Below are positions 17,195 through 27,564 of a DNA stretch of 64,000 nucleotides, piece after piece. This stretch comes from a virus (Duplodnaviria > Caudoviricetes). Within the stretch, counting starts at the first letter, position 1, and every line of letters begins with the position of its first letter. A program made the translations under genes and the position numbers. The notes under the pieces are model-generated. The model worked only from the letters and a program-made list of their open reading frames with translations. It was not told the DNA's origin and made no database searches. Location of the stretch: the IMG/VR virus record IMGVR_UViG_3300028833_000077, one strand, 5' to 3'.

Positions 17195-18999
17195 TGCCGA
17201 ACTATAGTTTAGTAGCGAATACCCAGTTTCAGAATAGGAGCTTTGATGATTTGTTGAAGCCCTTGGCAATGTACACCCAAGAGTACAATGCCTTGGAGGA
17301 TGCACTTGGTGAACTTGACACCAAAGCAAGTATATGGGAAGGGATGGCCAATGAAGAGTCAGACCCTATAGCATATGCACAGTATAAGAGGTATGCAGAT
17401 GATCTGAGGAGTCAGGCTGCATCCTTGGCACAAACAGGTCTTAATCCATTGTCAAGGAAGAGTATGCTCAATCTCAAGAGAAGATATGCTGCTGAGATTG
17501 CGCCTATTGAGCAGGCCTATGCCAATAGGAAGATTCAGGCTGATGAGCAGAGAAAGGCCCTTCTTCAGAATCCCACCTTGTTACTCTCAAGGAGGGCGGA
17601 TGTTACATCATTGGATGACTATCTCAAGAATCCTCAGTTAGGGTATGAGTCCTACAGTGGTGCCCTTCTCACCCAGCAGGTAGGGACTGCTGCTGCCCAA
17701 ATAGCCAAGTCACTTAGAGAGTATGGAAATGGGAAGGCTCTTGATGGTTTTACAAAGACATGGCTCCAAGAGCATGGCTACACAGCAGAGGAGGTATGGC
17801 AGGCCATTCATAATCCTGATAGTCCCAAGAGTTCCAGAATACTCAACTCCATGGTGGATAATGTCATGGCCGATTCTGGTATTCCACAGTGGGCAGACAG
17901 AGGGACTCTTAACCAGGCATATAATTATGCAAGACAGGGATTATGGCAGGCAGTAGGACAGACGCAGATACAAACATACACTGATGAGGCTGCCAAGTTG
18001 GAGGCTGATTTTAGAAACAAAAAGGAACTTGCACGTATGGCTGCTGAAGCGGCTGCAAACAGTATGCCTGAAGTAGCTGCAGATTATCAGACCAGACCTG
18101 TAAGAACTTCCACAGAAATGGTTGAGCAAATGAAAGCGAAGGGTGATTGGGATGAATTCAAGAAGTACTTCTACAAGACAGAGAATGGCTTATGGCACAT
18201 GACTTCTGAAGGTAAGAAAAGGTATAAAGCAGCAGCAGATTGGTTCAAGCATTTACCTGAGGATGTTAAGAATGGCAAATTGAAAAATCCCTATGAGACA
18301 CCAGCTGAAGCATTAACTAGGGCTAATCACTTGGATAAGTTTGGTTCTAGGGAAAAACCATTGTATGATGGTAGGGAATTTATGGATTTTGTTGACAAAA
18401 TGGGTATTAGTTCTATGGCTGATAGTAAACCAGGTCCTGAGCAGAGTAGAGTACTTGATACATTTGTGGCAAAAGCCAATGATACATATGACACTAATAC
18501 GGCTACAGAGACTATCCGAAGGATTCATCCTGAAGATTACAAGGATGTAATGGCTGTTGTGAAATCATTGGCAAAAGGAAATGAGCTTACCAATAATGAA
18601 CGAATCAAGGAAGGCAATTCATACAGATTCAGTGAGGCTAAGGATAAGGTCGATATAACCAAACTTAAGGATTCCGACATAGCGTATGCTCAGACAGTGA
18701 CTGGTATACATGGCAACTATCTAGAGGTGAAGATGAATGATGGAACTACTCTCAATATTCCTCAAGCATACATTAATAAGGATCGTTCAGGCCTTATCGA
18801 AGGTTTGAATAACTATGCTGCAGAGCTTGAAAAGGAAAAACAGGCAGGCAAGCAATATGTGGAGGATGCAAACGGGAATATTATTCCGATTAGCCTGGCT
18901 ATTGTAAGGGCTAGAAATAGTGGGCATAAGAACTTCTTATCAAGTTTGGGTGCGGCCAAGATAAAAGAATCAGAGGTAGAAGAGGGATTATATAAGTAA
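17194..18999 (+). CDS. Putative virion cargo protein
   Basis: 601-aa ORF translationally coupled (TAATG) to the previous gene; N-terminus 'MPNYSLVANTQF..RSFDDLLKPL' is crAss-like. Confidence 0.6.
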   Translation: MPNYSLVANTQFQNRSFDDLLKPLAMYTQEYNALEDALGELDTKASIWEGMANEESDPIAYAQYKRYADDLRSQAASLAQTGLNPLSRKSMLNLKRRYAAEIAPIEQAYANRKIQADEQRKALLQNPTLLLSRRADVTSLDDYLKNPQLGYESYSGALLTQQVGTAAAQIAKSLREYGNGKALDGFTKTWLQEHGYTAEEVWQAIHNPDSPKSSRILNSMVDNVMADSGIPQWADRGTLNQAYNYARQGLWQAVGQTQIQTYTDEAAKLEADFRNKKELARMAAEAAANSMPEVAADYQTRPVRTSTEMVEQMKAKGDWDEFKKYFYKTENGLWHMTSEGKKRYKAAADWFKHLPEDVKNGKLKNPYETPAEALTRANHLDKFGSREKPLYDGREFMDFVDKMGISSMADSKPGPEQSRVLDTFVAKANDTYDTNTATETIRRIHPEDYKDVMAVVKSLAKGNELTNNERIKEGNSYRFSEAKDKVDITKLKDSDIAYAQTVTGIHGNYLEVKMNDGTTLNIPQAYINKDRSGLIEGLNNYAAELEKEKQAGKQYVEDANGNIIPISLAIVRARNSGHKNFLSSLGAAKIKESEVEEGLYK

Positions 19000-19005
19000 A
19001 GGAGT

Positions 19006-22000
19006 ATGGCTACAAAAGCAAAGGATATAACAGAGACAGGCAAGTTTACCGCCAGGGATCTTCAGAAGATGAACCAATTCAATTTGGAGGGAATAGATCC
19101 CAGTCTTATTGCCAAGGAGTCTGATATCAATGAACGGTTGGCAAAGGAAAATCGTATTGGTCCTGCTCAAGGCATTGAGGATTATTATAATAGAGTGGGA
19201 ACTGTTGGGGACTATCTTGAGTCTTCTTCCCTTATTTCCCAAAAAACAAGAACTGGAGACCAGGATTATTGGGGTAGAAGTTCCTTCGATGAAGGTATTG
19301 TTGTAGGAGAACAGGATTGGAACAGACTTGGTGATATCAGAGCTGAGAACCAGCCTTGGTACTCTAAGATTGCCAATGGTGTAGGAAAGGCAGGTGTCTT
19401 AGCTGCAACTACTGCCTTGGAGACAGCAGGCCTTCTTTATGGTTTAGGGCAGGGAATTGCAGATGCTTCCGATGCTGAGGAGGGTGAAGGCTGGCACGCT
19501 TTCCTCCATGGCCTATGGGACAATCCCATCACTAATGCCCTTCAGAAAATCAATGATGCCTCTGAGGACTTCATGCCTAACTACTATACTCAAAGAGAGC
19601 AAGAAGGAGCCTTTGATTTCAATGCCAATTTCCTTGGAGACAAACTTATCAAGAATTTGGGTTTTATGGTAGGAGCTTTCTATGGAGGTATTCCTGCATC
19701 TTCTGCCATTGGTAAATTTGGACAAGCAGCTGTAAAAGGTGCTAGGGAGGCCCAGATGGCAACTCGGCAAGGAATGGCTTCCAGACTTTGGGAGTTGCGA
19801 GGACAGGCTGCCAGAACTGGTGATAATCTTGATGACCTGCTTACCAAAGCGAAGCTTACTGAAGCAGAGAGAGGTGCTGTATTAAAAGAAGGGTTGGATA
19901 AGATAAATGATATCACCAAGGCAACTAGGGCCACTACTATGACAGTGGGTGCAGTAGGTTCTGCCATCAATGAGGGTGCTATTGAAGCCTTGAATAACTC
20001 TAAAGACTGGGCAGAAGGCAGGATTAGGAAGGCCAATGATGAGTATACAGACTCCTTAAGAGAGCTTGACCAAAGCTTTGCAGCCCTTAATGATGAAGGT
20101 GTGGATGATTTTACCAGGTCTGTTGCTCAGGCTGAATATGACAGGAAGAAGCAGGAATTGGATCAGAAACATCAAATGGAGTTAGAGGCTATTGAAAAGG
20201 GTCGAGCTACTATGGGTAATATAGACCTCCTGCAAAACCTTCCCATTCTTATTGCTAGTAATGCCTATGAGCTCGGAAGACTCTATACTAGGGGTTTTGA
20301 CTCTACAAGAAGGGAGCTGGGCAGTTTATGGAATGGTCATAAACTTTCAGGAAATCTTGCCGATGGCAGTCTCAAGAGTGATAAGACTTGGAAGGGAGCA
20401 GTAAGGACAAGCCTTCTAAAAAGCAATGCTGAAGGTATGGAAGAACTTACTCAAAGAATGGCATCCGAAGGTTCTGGTCATGCTGTAGATGCGGCTATTG
20501 ACCGTTACCTGCAGTCAGGCAAAAGTGAGGACTCTAAAGTCAATGTGGATGACTTTATGGCTGGAATGAGCAAGTCTATTGCGGAAAATCTCCAAGACTC
20601 ACAAGCATGGGAAGAGTATATGATTGGTGCCGTCAGTAGTATGGTAGGCATGCCTGTATTCGGTAGCCAGACAAAGAATGCCTATTTGGGAAAGGGAAAA
20701 CCTGTAGGATTGGCTGGAGGCCTCATTGGGAACTACCAGGACTATATGGATATGGGGAAGAAAGAGCATGATATTGCCGAATATCTTAATAATAGAGTTA
20801 AGGATCCTAAGTTCAAGGCATTGTATGACTACCTTAGAAAGAATGATGACTATGATAAGGCTCTTAGAGTAGCATTGGAGAATAAGGATAAGGACTTCTA
20901 TAAGGATTTGGATGCCGAAAAGTTATTTGCTGATATCAATGCTGCAGCTTCTGCAGGCCATCTTGAGGAATTTAAACAGCTTGTGGGATACAATAAGGAT
21001 TATTCAGATGATGAGCTGAAAGACATTGTCAAGCTTACCTCAAGGACAGTTACCGCTGATGACCAAAGGAAGCAGGATGGAGCAAGGAAGTCTGAGCTGG
21101 AAGGAATCCTTCAGGACTGGAGAGATACCAATCTGGAAAACCAAGACGAAGTGGAGGACAAGTTGAATCAGGTGACTTCCCAAATTGGGGAGATCCATGA
21201 GAAATTGTCTCAGAATCCAGACCCAGATACTATCTATACCCTTAATGAAGATCTTGCAAGGCTTAGAACAAAGCAGAATGGTCTGCTTAGGGAAAAGCAG
21301 CAGATTATGGATAGGAACCAAAAGGTAGAACAGACTAATCAGCAAAAACAAGCCATACAGAAGGAACTAGATGATGTAAACAAAAGGCTTCAAGATGACG
21401 AGTCTGGTGCTAAAAAATATGAGGACAGACAGGAAGGCCCCTTTATTGACATAAATGGCCAGATGGATGTAACTAATCCAGACAAGATGCGGGAGGTGCT
21501 TAACCGTAATAGGGAGAATATGCTTAGGGGCATTGATGACTATTTGAAGATAAGGAATGATATAGACATAGAAACAGATGGTAAACTGACGGATGACCAG
21601 ATAAACTTCCTCTCCAACCTAAGATTTAAAATACTGGATTGGGAACATAGGAGTGATGATATGGCGGAGGATCTAGTGAATACATTAGTTCCTGTGCAGC
21701 CTCTTATGGATAAAATCAAGGCTGTTACTGAAGCGGAACTTAAAAAGGCAGAGGAGGCTTTGAAGAAGGCTGAGGAGTCTTTAAAGACTGCATCCGACAA
21801 ACCTGGGGCAGAAAAGAAAGTAGCTACTGCAAAGAAAAATCTCCAAGATGCAAAATTGGCATCAAAGATAAACAATAATCTGGTAAGCCTATTTGAATTG
21901 ATTACTGGAGAGCAGGATGCTACTAGGAAAGAGCAAAAAGCCCTTGATAGGGGATATGGTCGGAATGCTGAGGGCAAGACTTACACGGACCAAAGGGAAG

Positions 22001-25000
22001 GTAAAAGAGGTATTAACTCCGAAGAAGCCCAAGGTATCCTTGCAAATCCCTTGAATACTAAGACTCTAAAGGCTGCCATAAGGGCTCTTGGCTTGGAAAG
22101 TGCCATTACAGATAGACTAGTAAGTAATGTAGACGGCTTGCACAGGATTGCAAGCCTAAAGAAGGAATATAACCAGACTGTTCGAGAGTATTTAGGTGAC
22201 CCTACCTTGATCAATAAAGCCTTTGCCCAATCTGAGGACAGGCTAAATCAAAAGGAGCTGGACAATAAAGCCAAGGATTTAGCGTTAAGAATACAAGGGG
22301 TAAACAATATGACAGAATTGAATCAGGTATTGAAAGAAAGTAATGCCATCAGTCAGAGGGTGACACAAGCAGCCTTACAGAAAGCAAAGCAAGAAGGCAG
22401 TGAGGATATCAAAAACCTTATTAGTGACTTTGAAAAAGGCTCTCAATTCTTCCAAGAGTTTCAGGAACAAGCAAGCCAGCTTTCTCCAGACCTAAATGCT
22501 GCAGTATCAAGTTCTGCTGTCACCTCATGGGAGGAGGCTCTTATGGATAACCTGGATGTATATAACAGATTTGTAGAGCACATGAAGGAAAGTGCAGACT
22601 TATTGGAAAACAGTGGCAATAAAAAAGCAGCGGAGGCTTTAAGGAAAATACTTGAGGATCTTGGAAGTGCCCGGAAAGAGTCTGCTACCAATTCCCATGT
22701 TAAAAACCCTTCCAAGAATACAGAAGAACCTGAGGAGAAAAAGAGTAAGAAGTCTGGGAAGAAAGGCCCAGGAGGTTCCTTCATGAATGCCATGAATGAA
22801 GAGAAAGAGGAAGAGAAGAAAGAGAAACAACAGGTTTCTCCAGAGGCACAGCCTTATATTGACAGGATGAACCATAGCAATAATTCCGAGGAGCTTGACA
22901 ACATTTTCAGTGAAGGTCTAAAGGCAGGTGTTCCTGAGAAAGAGCTGTTTCCAATTTATTCAAAAAGGCAGGCAGAAATCCATAGTAAGAACATGCCAGC
23001 AGATTTTGATTCTCTCAAGAGTTCCATTGTAAGGGAGCTTCAAGATAACGGTCTTAAGAAAACCACAATAGCCTCTCTTTCAAAGTCCTTACGAGACCGT
23101 ATAGATGCTTGGCACTCTGACCCTGCTCATGAGAAGGTTACTGATACACTCATTAGAGAATGGGTACAAAAAGTTCAAGATGATTTCTGGGAGGATCGTT
23201 TCTTTGAAAGGACTGTGGACGATGTGGAAGAAGATTATGAGGAGTGGAAGGAAAACCGTGGAGATGAAATGTCCCAAGAAACCCAAGGCAACTTCAAGAG
23301 TGGCTATCAATCCGAATTTTATTTCTATGATGGCAGTAACCATCCTCTTGACTACGCTGTGCCTTATCCTGGAGAGGATGATCAGCATAAAAGAGTCAGG
23401 AAGATTTTGAAAGATTTTCTTGCCTATCAGTTTGTAGATACTAACTGGCTTGGATACGCCATGAAGGCCTACCCTGATGAGAACATCCCAGTACATTTTC
23501 TCAAGACTACTGAACGTGGTGTAAATGTTCCTAATAGGCCCATCACATTTATGGCAATAGAGCTTACCCCTGCAGTCAGAAGGTCAATTCAGAAATGGGC
23601 TTACAATGAAACTAAAGGCAAGGCAAAAGCCGATATCAGTGAGGGAATCCATCCTGTGGAAATAGGAGGCAAGCAGTATCAGATAATAGGAGTCCTCTCC
23701 ATTAACTCTGATGATGCTGTATCTCCTGAGGTAGCAGATGCATTCGATAGTCTGCAGAAACAGTTGCATGACAGCCTACAGCCTAAGATTACTGAGGAGA
23801 GGGAAAAAGCCAAGAAAGAGGGTAGGGAACCTGAGCCTTTTGTGATGGATGAGTCTTTGAGTTCAGAGATAACCAAGGTCTTTACTGGAAGGCTTGAGAA
23901 GTACAATGATGCAGATGATGCAGGTGATAAGGTCAGCCTATTTACCTTTATGACTTCCCAACAGGATGGCAGAGAAGACAGGAAGACATCCCTTGAATGG
24001 AGAAATGGAATTCCCTTCAGGTTTGGTGTGATCGTCAATAAAGAGCTTAAGACTTCTCATATAGAGGCAGATGAGGTTGTAGAGGCTCCTAATGAAGCAT
24101 GGTGTCATAAGAAAGGTAATAATGGAGCTATTCTTCTATTTGTTCCTAGGGCAGATGGGCATCTTTATCCTTTAAGATGTACCAGACGTTCAGTGGAAGC
24201 ATGGTTGGATTCCGATGATATTGATGGTGTCCATACAGGAGAGAGTCTGATAAAGGATTTACTTGACCCAGATAGTCCTACAAAGAATGCCTACTTGGAA
24301 AGAATCATTGAACTTATCAAGATTCTGACAGATGATAGTGATGCTTATAGTTTCAATGAAAGACTGGATGCAAAATACAGGCTTGCCAAGTTCTTCACCT
24401 TTGGTAGAAAGAATCCTATACAGATAGATGTGTCAACTATGGAGGTTATGCTGCAGTTGGAGGAGGAAGAGCCTATTGCCTTAAACAAAGATAACTTGAT
24501 TGACAATGTAATGTTGTTCTTCAATACTATACGCAATAAGGAAAGAATCAGGTTTACACTTCCTACACCTACTTCTGAGACTACAAGCGGCAGTAATCCA
24601 GACAGTAATTTAGATAGTAGAGACGTGATTATGTCTGGAGTCTTTGAGATAGGTCTAAGAGGCTTCTACAACTTCAATGCCAATGTAATAGTCAAGCCTA
24701 TTAATGGTAATGGTGTGGAAGTAAAGATTAAGACAGCTCCTGAAGAGGGTAGGGGGTTTACTCTAAACCAAGATAGGGGGGAAGATAGAAGTTATACAGT
24801 AAACGGTGTCAAGAAGGATTTCCATATAAGTTATGAGGAAGGTGTGGCTAAAATAACCTATAAGGACGGCACCGAGCCTTCAAATGAGGAGCAGAATATG
24901 GTACTGGCCTTGGAAAACCTTGGTGAAGAAAATAATAAGGAGACCATTATGAACTTTGTCAACAGTATTAAGAAAGAGTTGGGTGCTGGTTGGAACACTG

Positions 25001-26094
25001 CCCAGAAGCAGCTGTTGGCAGATCATTTGTCAGATGCCCTAAATGGTTATTACACTGTATACACTTCTGCTGGGCCCCTTATATATGATTCTAAAGGACA
25101 AGAGCTATTCATGCTAGATAGTGCAAAAGGCCAACAACTTAGAGGTGAACTTAAGGGTAGGGTAATGAATTATCTCCAAATGAACCTGAAGAGCATGATG
25201 GCAGCAGCCCAAAAGAAAGATGACGTTGTAGAAAAGTCCCCTGTGGCTGAATACATGGATAAGGTGGCAGAAGTACTAAAAGAGAAGAGGTTTGGCGGCA
25301 GTAAGACCCTGACCAATAAAGTTGTTGACACTATCGTAGAAGGCCTTGAAGCTATTGATCCTAGTCTTCCGACAAAGGATATTGATGCTGCTATTGATAA
25401 GGTATTTACAGAAGCAGGTTTTGGTAAGCTCTGGAACAATTTCGACCTGTATAACAATTCGATTAATAGGGTTGGTTTAAGAACTGCCATATACCAAAAC
25501 AGAAAGCCTGTTCAAAATGTTGCTGCAACTACTATATCTATCCCTGGTATGGAGGGCAACATAGAGGTCAATGCGGTTGAAGTGGAACGAGGCAACATAA
25601 AAGAAGGAGACCGCATTGCATTTACAGGTCCTGAGGGAGGCATTGTAGCTTCAGGCATTGTCTCTACAGTTGTAGGAAATGATATAGTCATAGATTCCAG
25701 CTATGTTTTGCCTGATGGTGTACACTACTATAAAGTACTCGACAATGTTATGCCTGGGGTTACTCCTGATGGGGCTCCTCAACGTAAGCAGGCTACTAAA
25801 TCTGATGGTGACGAGGGTAAAGGAAGGTTCTTTAAAGATGTTTCCTTGGAGAGTCTTAAGGGAATGAAGGAGTCAGATTCCTTGCTTGGGGTTATTGCGA
25901 AAGGATTGAATGATAGAATTTTAAAAGTTCGCACGATATCTATATTTAATGCTCTCAAACAAATAGATGAGAATTTTGGCATTCAAATGTCTGAGACAGA
26001 CTTAAAGAAAAAAGTTAAGGGTCTTTTAGGCATGAAGAAAGGATGGAATGAAAAACTTAACGAGTTGGTTCAGGTACTTAGTAAATGTCCCTAA
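19006..26094 (+). CDS. Giant virion cargo protein (one of the three large RNAP-associated proteins of crAss-like phages)
   Basis: 2362 aa; 'RAENQPWYSKIANG..K..VLA.TT' and 'EGMEELTQ' blocks, hydrophobic N-terminal segments, coiled coils. Confidence 0.7.
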   Translation: MATKAKDITETGKFTARDLQKMNQFNLEGIDPSLIAKESDINERLAKENRIGPAQGIEDYYNRVGTVGDYLESSSLISQKTRTGDQDYWGRSSFDEGIVVGEQDWNRLGDIRAENQPWYSKIANGVGKAGVLAATTALETAGLLYGLGQGIADASDAEEGEGWHAFLHGLWDNPITNALQKINDASEDFMPNYYTQREQEGAFDFNANFLGDKLIKNLGFMVGAFYGGIPASSAIGKFGQAAVKGAREAQMATRQGMASRLWELRGQAARTGDNLDDLLTKAKLTEAERGAVLKEGLDKINDITKATRATTMTVGAVGSAINEGAIEALNNSKDWAEGRIRKANDEYTDSLRELDQSFAALNDEGVDDFTRSVAQAEYDRKKQELDQKHQMELEAIEKGRATMGNIDLLQNLPILIASNAYELGRLYTRGFDSTRRELGSLWNGHKLSGNLADGSLKSDKTWKGAVRTSLLKSNAEGMEELTQRMASEGSGHAVDAAIDRYLQSGKSEDSKVNVDDFMAGMSKSIAENLQDSQAWEEYMIGAVSSMVGMPVFGSQTKNAYLGKGKPVGLAGGLIGNYQDYMDMGKKEHDIAEYLNNRVKDPKFKALYDYLRKNDDYDKALRVALENKDKDFYKDLDAEKLFADINAAASAGHLEEFKQLVGYNKDYSDDELKDIVKLTSRTVTADDQRKQDGARKSELEGILQDWRDTNLENQDEVEDKLNQVTSQIGEIHEKLSQNPDPDTIYTLNEDLARLRTKQNGLLREKQQIMDRNQKVEQTNQQKQAIQKELDDVNKRLQDDESGAKKYEDRQEGPFIDINGQMDVTNPDKMREVLNRNRENMLRGIDDYLKIRNDIDIETDGKLTDDQINFLSNLRFKILDWEHRSDDMAEDLVNTLVPVQPLMDKIKAVTEAELKKAEEALKKAEESLKTASDKPGAEKKVATAKKNLQDAKLASKINNNLVSLFELITGEQDATRKEQKALDRGYGRNAEGKTYTDQREGKRGINSEEAQGILANPLNTKTLKAAIRALGLESAITDRLVSNVDGLHRIASLKKEYNQTVREYLGDPTLINKAFAQSEDRLNQKELDNKAKDLALRIQGVNNMTELNQVLKESNAISQRVTQAALQKAKQEGSEDIKNLISDFEKGSQFFQEFQEQASQLSPDLNAAVSSSAVTSWEEALMDNLDVYNRFVEHMKESADLLENSGNKKAAEALRKILEDLGSARKESATNSHVKNPSKNTEEPEEKKSKKSGKKGPGGSFMNAMNEEKEEEKKEKQQVSPEAQPYIDRMNHSNNSEELDNIFSEGLKAGVPEKELFPIYSKRQAEIHSKNMPADFDSLKSSIVRELQDNGLKKTTIASLSKSLRDRIDAWHSDPAHEKVTDTLIREWVQKVQDDFWEDRFFERTVDDVEEDYEEWKENRGDEMSQETQGNFKSGYQSEFYFYDGSNHPLDYAVPYPGEDDQHKRVRKILKDFLAYQFVDTNWLGYAMKAYPDENIPVHFLKTTERGVNVPNRPITFMAIELTPAVRRSIQKWAYNETKGKAKADISEGIHPVEIGGKQYQIIGVLSINSDDAVSPEVADAFDSLQKQLHDSLQPKITEEREKAKKEGREPEPFVMDESLSSEITKVFTGRLEKYNDADDAGDKVSLFTFMTSQQDGREDRKTSLEWRNGIPFRFGVIVNKELKTSHIEADEVVEAPNEAWCHKKGNNGAILLFVPRADGHLYPLRCTRRSVEAWLDSDDIDGVHTGESLIKDLLDPDSPTKNAYLERIIELIKILTDDSDAYSFNERLDAKYRLAKFFTFGRKNPIQIDVSTMEVMLQLEEEEPIALNKDNLIDNVMLFFNTIRNKERIRFTLPTPTSETTSGSNPDSNLDSRDVIMSGVFEIGLRGFYNFNANVIVKPINGNGVEVKIKTAPEEGRGFTLNQDRGEDRSYTVNGVKKDFHISYEEGVAKITYKDGTEPSNEEQNMVLALENLGEENNKETIMNFVNSIKKELGAGWNTAQKQLLADHLSDALNGYYTVYTSAGPLIYDSKGQELFMLDSAKGQQLRGELKGRVMNYLQMNLKSMMAAAQKKDDVVEKSPVAEYMDKVAEVLKEKRFGGSKTLTNKVVDTIVEGLEAIDPSLPTKDIDAAIDKVFTEAGFGKLWNNFDLYNNSINRVGLRTAIYQNRKPVQNVAATTISIPGMEGNIEVNAVEVERGNIKEGDRIAFTGPEGGIVASGIVSTVVGNDIVIDSSYVLPDGVHYYKVLDNVMPGVTPDGAPQRKQATKSDGDEGKGRFFKDVSLESLKGMKESDSLLGVIAKGLNDRILKVRTISIFNALKQIDENFGIQMSETDLKKKVKGLLGMKKGWNEKLNELVQVLSKCP

Positions 26095-26103
26095 TGTAAA
26101 AAT

Positions 26104-26136
26104 AAAGGGGAGGCCTAAATGACCTCCCTTATTTCT
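26104..26136. terminator. Probable bidirectional terminator at the convergence of the two transcription directions
   Basis: AAGGGGAGG-cctaaatga-CCTCCCTT hairpin with an A-rich 5' flank and T-rich 3' flank; overlaps the P63C stop codon. Confidence 0.55.
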
Positions 26137-26975
26137 TTCTCTCTATGATAGGCATTGTTGAAGAGTTCCTTGAACTGGTCTTTGCTTTTCGATGCTGCCA
26201 TCAAGGCTGTAACTCCTACAATCTGATTCTTCAAGTGCTGTCTTCCTACTTCTGGAGTAAGTGACTGGTGCAGTTTATGCTTCCAATTACCTCCTTCAGT
26301 CTTGCCTGTCTTCTCCTTAAGAGCTTCCAGAACACCTTCAGGCAGGGCCTTGTATACATATAGGTTGGTAAGCATTCCTACCAGCATGGGCTTGGTACTC
26401 TTTGTGGAGTCATAGTCCAGTCCCCATAGCCTGAACATTTCTTGATAGAAATCATTGCTGAAGGTCAACTGCCACTTGGCTACTTCATCAGAGACATAGG
26501 CTGCCAGTATCTTCTGAAGCTCAGTGCTCTCTCGCATTGCCTGATAGCCAGTAGCTTCGTCTACCAGAGCTGTTATGCCCACTCTGGCAAATGACCTCAT
26601 CAGTATTTCACATTGGTCAGCTACAATCATTTGTCTTTTAGTCAATTTGACTTCCCTTCTTGCTTCTAGGAGTAAGTCACATATATCTGCAAGTAAGTCT
26701 GCTTTATAGGCACTTATTCTTTTATCGCCATCATAACAGCTGATTGGAGAAAAATGGGCGCATCCTAAGTTGTTGGCAATGAATGGTTTAAGCCTGTCAT
26801 TAGATAGAAATCTATCAATTTTTGTGCCGGTCCTTTCATTTTCAGTAATTCGGAGTCCCATCTGCATTCCTCTACTAGACAATACTCTGGTACCGTCTTC
26901 AAGAACATAACAAGGAATGGTTGTTCCTGCAAGGTTCAGTTCACCCTTGCATTTTACTTGATTTGATTTACACAT
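26115..26975 (-). CDS. P63C-domain protein (phage antirepressor/Bro-associated family)
   Basis: 'GELNLAGTTIPCYVLEDGTRVLS', 'FARVGITALVDEATGYQ', 'W...F..DFYQEMFRLWG', 'KLHQ.LT.EVG..HL'. Confidence 0.85.
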   Translation of the reverse strand: MCKSNQVKCKGELNLAGTTIPCYVLEDGTRVLSSRGMQMGLRITENERTGTKIDRFLSNDRLKPFIANNLGCAHFSPISCYDGDKRISAYKADLLADICDLLLEARREVKLTKRQMIVADQCEILMRSFARVGITALVDEATGYQAMRESTELQKILAAYVSDEVAKWQLTFSNDFYQEMFRLWGLDYDSTKSTKPMLVGMLTNLYVYKALPEGVLEALKEKTGKTEGGNWKHKLHQSLTPEVGRQHLKNQIVGVTALMAASKSKDQFKELFNNAYHREKEIREVI

Positions 26976-27321
26976 ATTATTAGAATTTATTTATTGATTG
27001 GTATTTAATTATCAACAAGACATAGTACGTCCCTAAGAGAATCCTCTGGCTCATTATCCTGAAACTTCCACTGCCCGGTCAATATTCAGCTAACTCGTAG
27101 CTTTTCAGCGCTTGCCCCTAACCCCCGTTTACCCTGTACCTTTCATTTCAACATAGTTTGGTGGGGAACAGTTTTATATTCAGAAAGTTTGTGACCTATC
27201 GGGGCTTGAGCTTTCTATCTCAGGACTATGTGCTGTCCCTACAACCCGACTTCTGAGCCTCTATATATCCACTGGACCTTACTAGGCTGTTCATGGGACT
27301 ATGTCTCCCAAGGGTCTAAAG

Positions 27322-27464
27322 TAACTGGTATAAAAACCAGTAAACGAAAAAATTGCAGTCCTAATGTGACGAACAGACTGCAATTATTCCCATTTACTGG
27401 TATAGTTGTCAGGATTTCTCCTGTCAATTTCGGTATGTCTTTGCAGTTATCGTCACTTAACTAC
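27322..27464 (-). ncRNA. Putative structured leader RNA, copy 1 (two hairpins with complementary loops)
   Basis: 5' hairpin GUAGUUA-AGUGACGA-UAACUGC (27464-27443); long hairpin CCAGUAAAUGG...UUGCAGUC-UGUUCGUCACAUUAG-GACUGCAA...UUUACUGG + U run (27400-27337); homologous to 50367-50549. Confidence 0.7.
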
Positions 27465-27468
27465 GGTG

Positions 27469-27476
27469 CAAAGGTA
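27469..27476 (-). promoter_or_regulatory. Bacteroidota -7 promoter element TACCTTTG
   Basis: Exact match 4 nt upstream of leader RNA copy 1; context ATGTGTACCTTTG is shared with 50555-50562. Confidence 0.7.
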
Positions 27477-27564
27477 CACATTTATATTGAATTGATAGTC
27501 ATTTCGTTAGTTAATAATCATTAAAGTAATGTTCTAAGTCATATTAATATATAGTGGCTGGTAT

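Noticed and set aside
27279-27291. 12-mer TACTAGGCTGTT shared, in opposite orientation, with the leader region near 50307-50318
   Set aside because: A single short match with no colinear extension; cannot be distinguished from chance without homologues.
27228-27524. 98-aa + strand ORF (and 50520-50777, 50582-50797) overlapping the leader RNAs
   Set aside because: Antisense or overlapping, with atypical composition and no similarity between the two loci at protein level, whereas RNA pairing is conserved.
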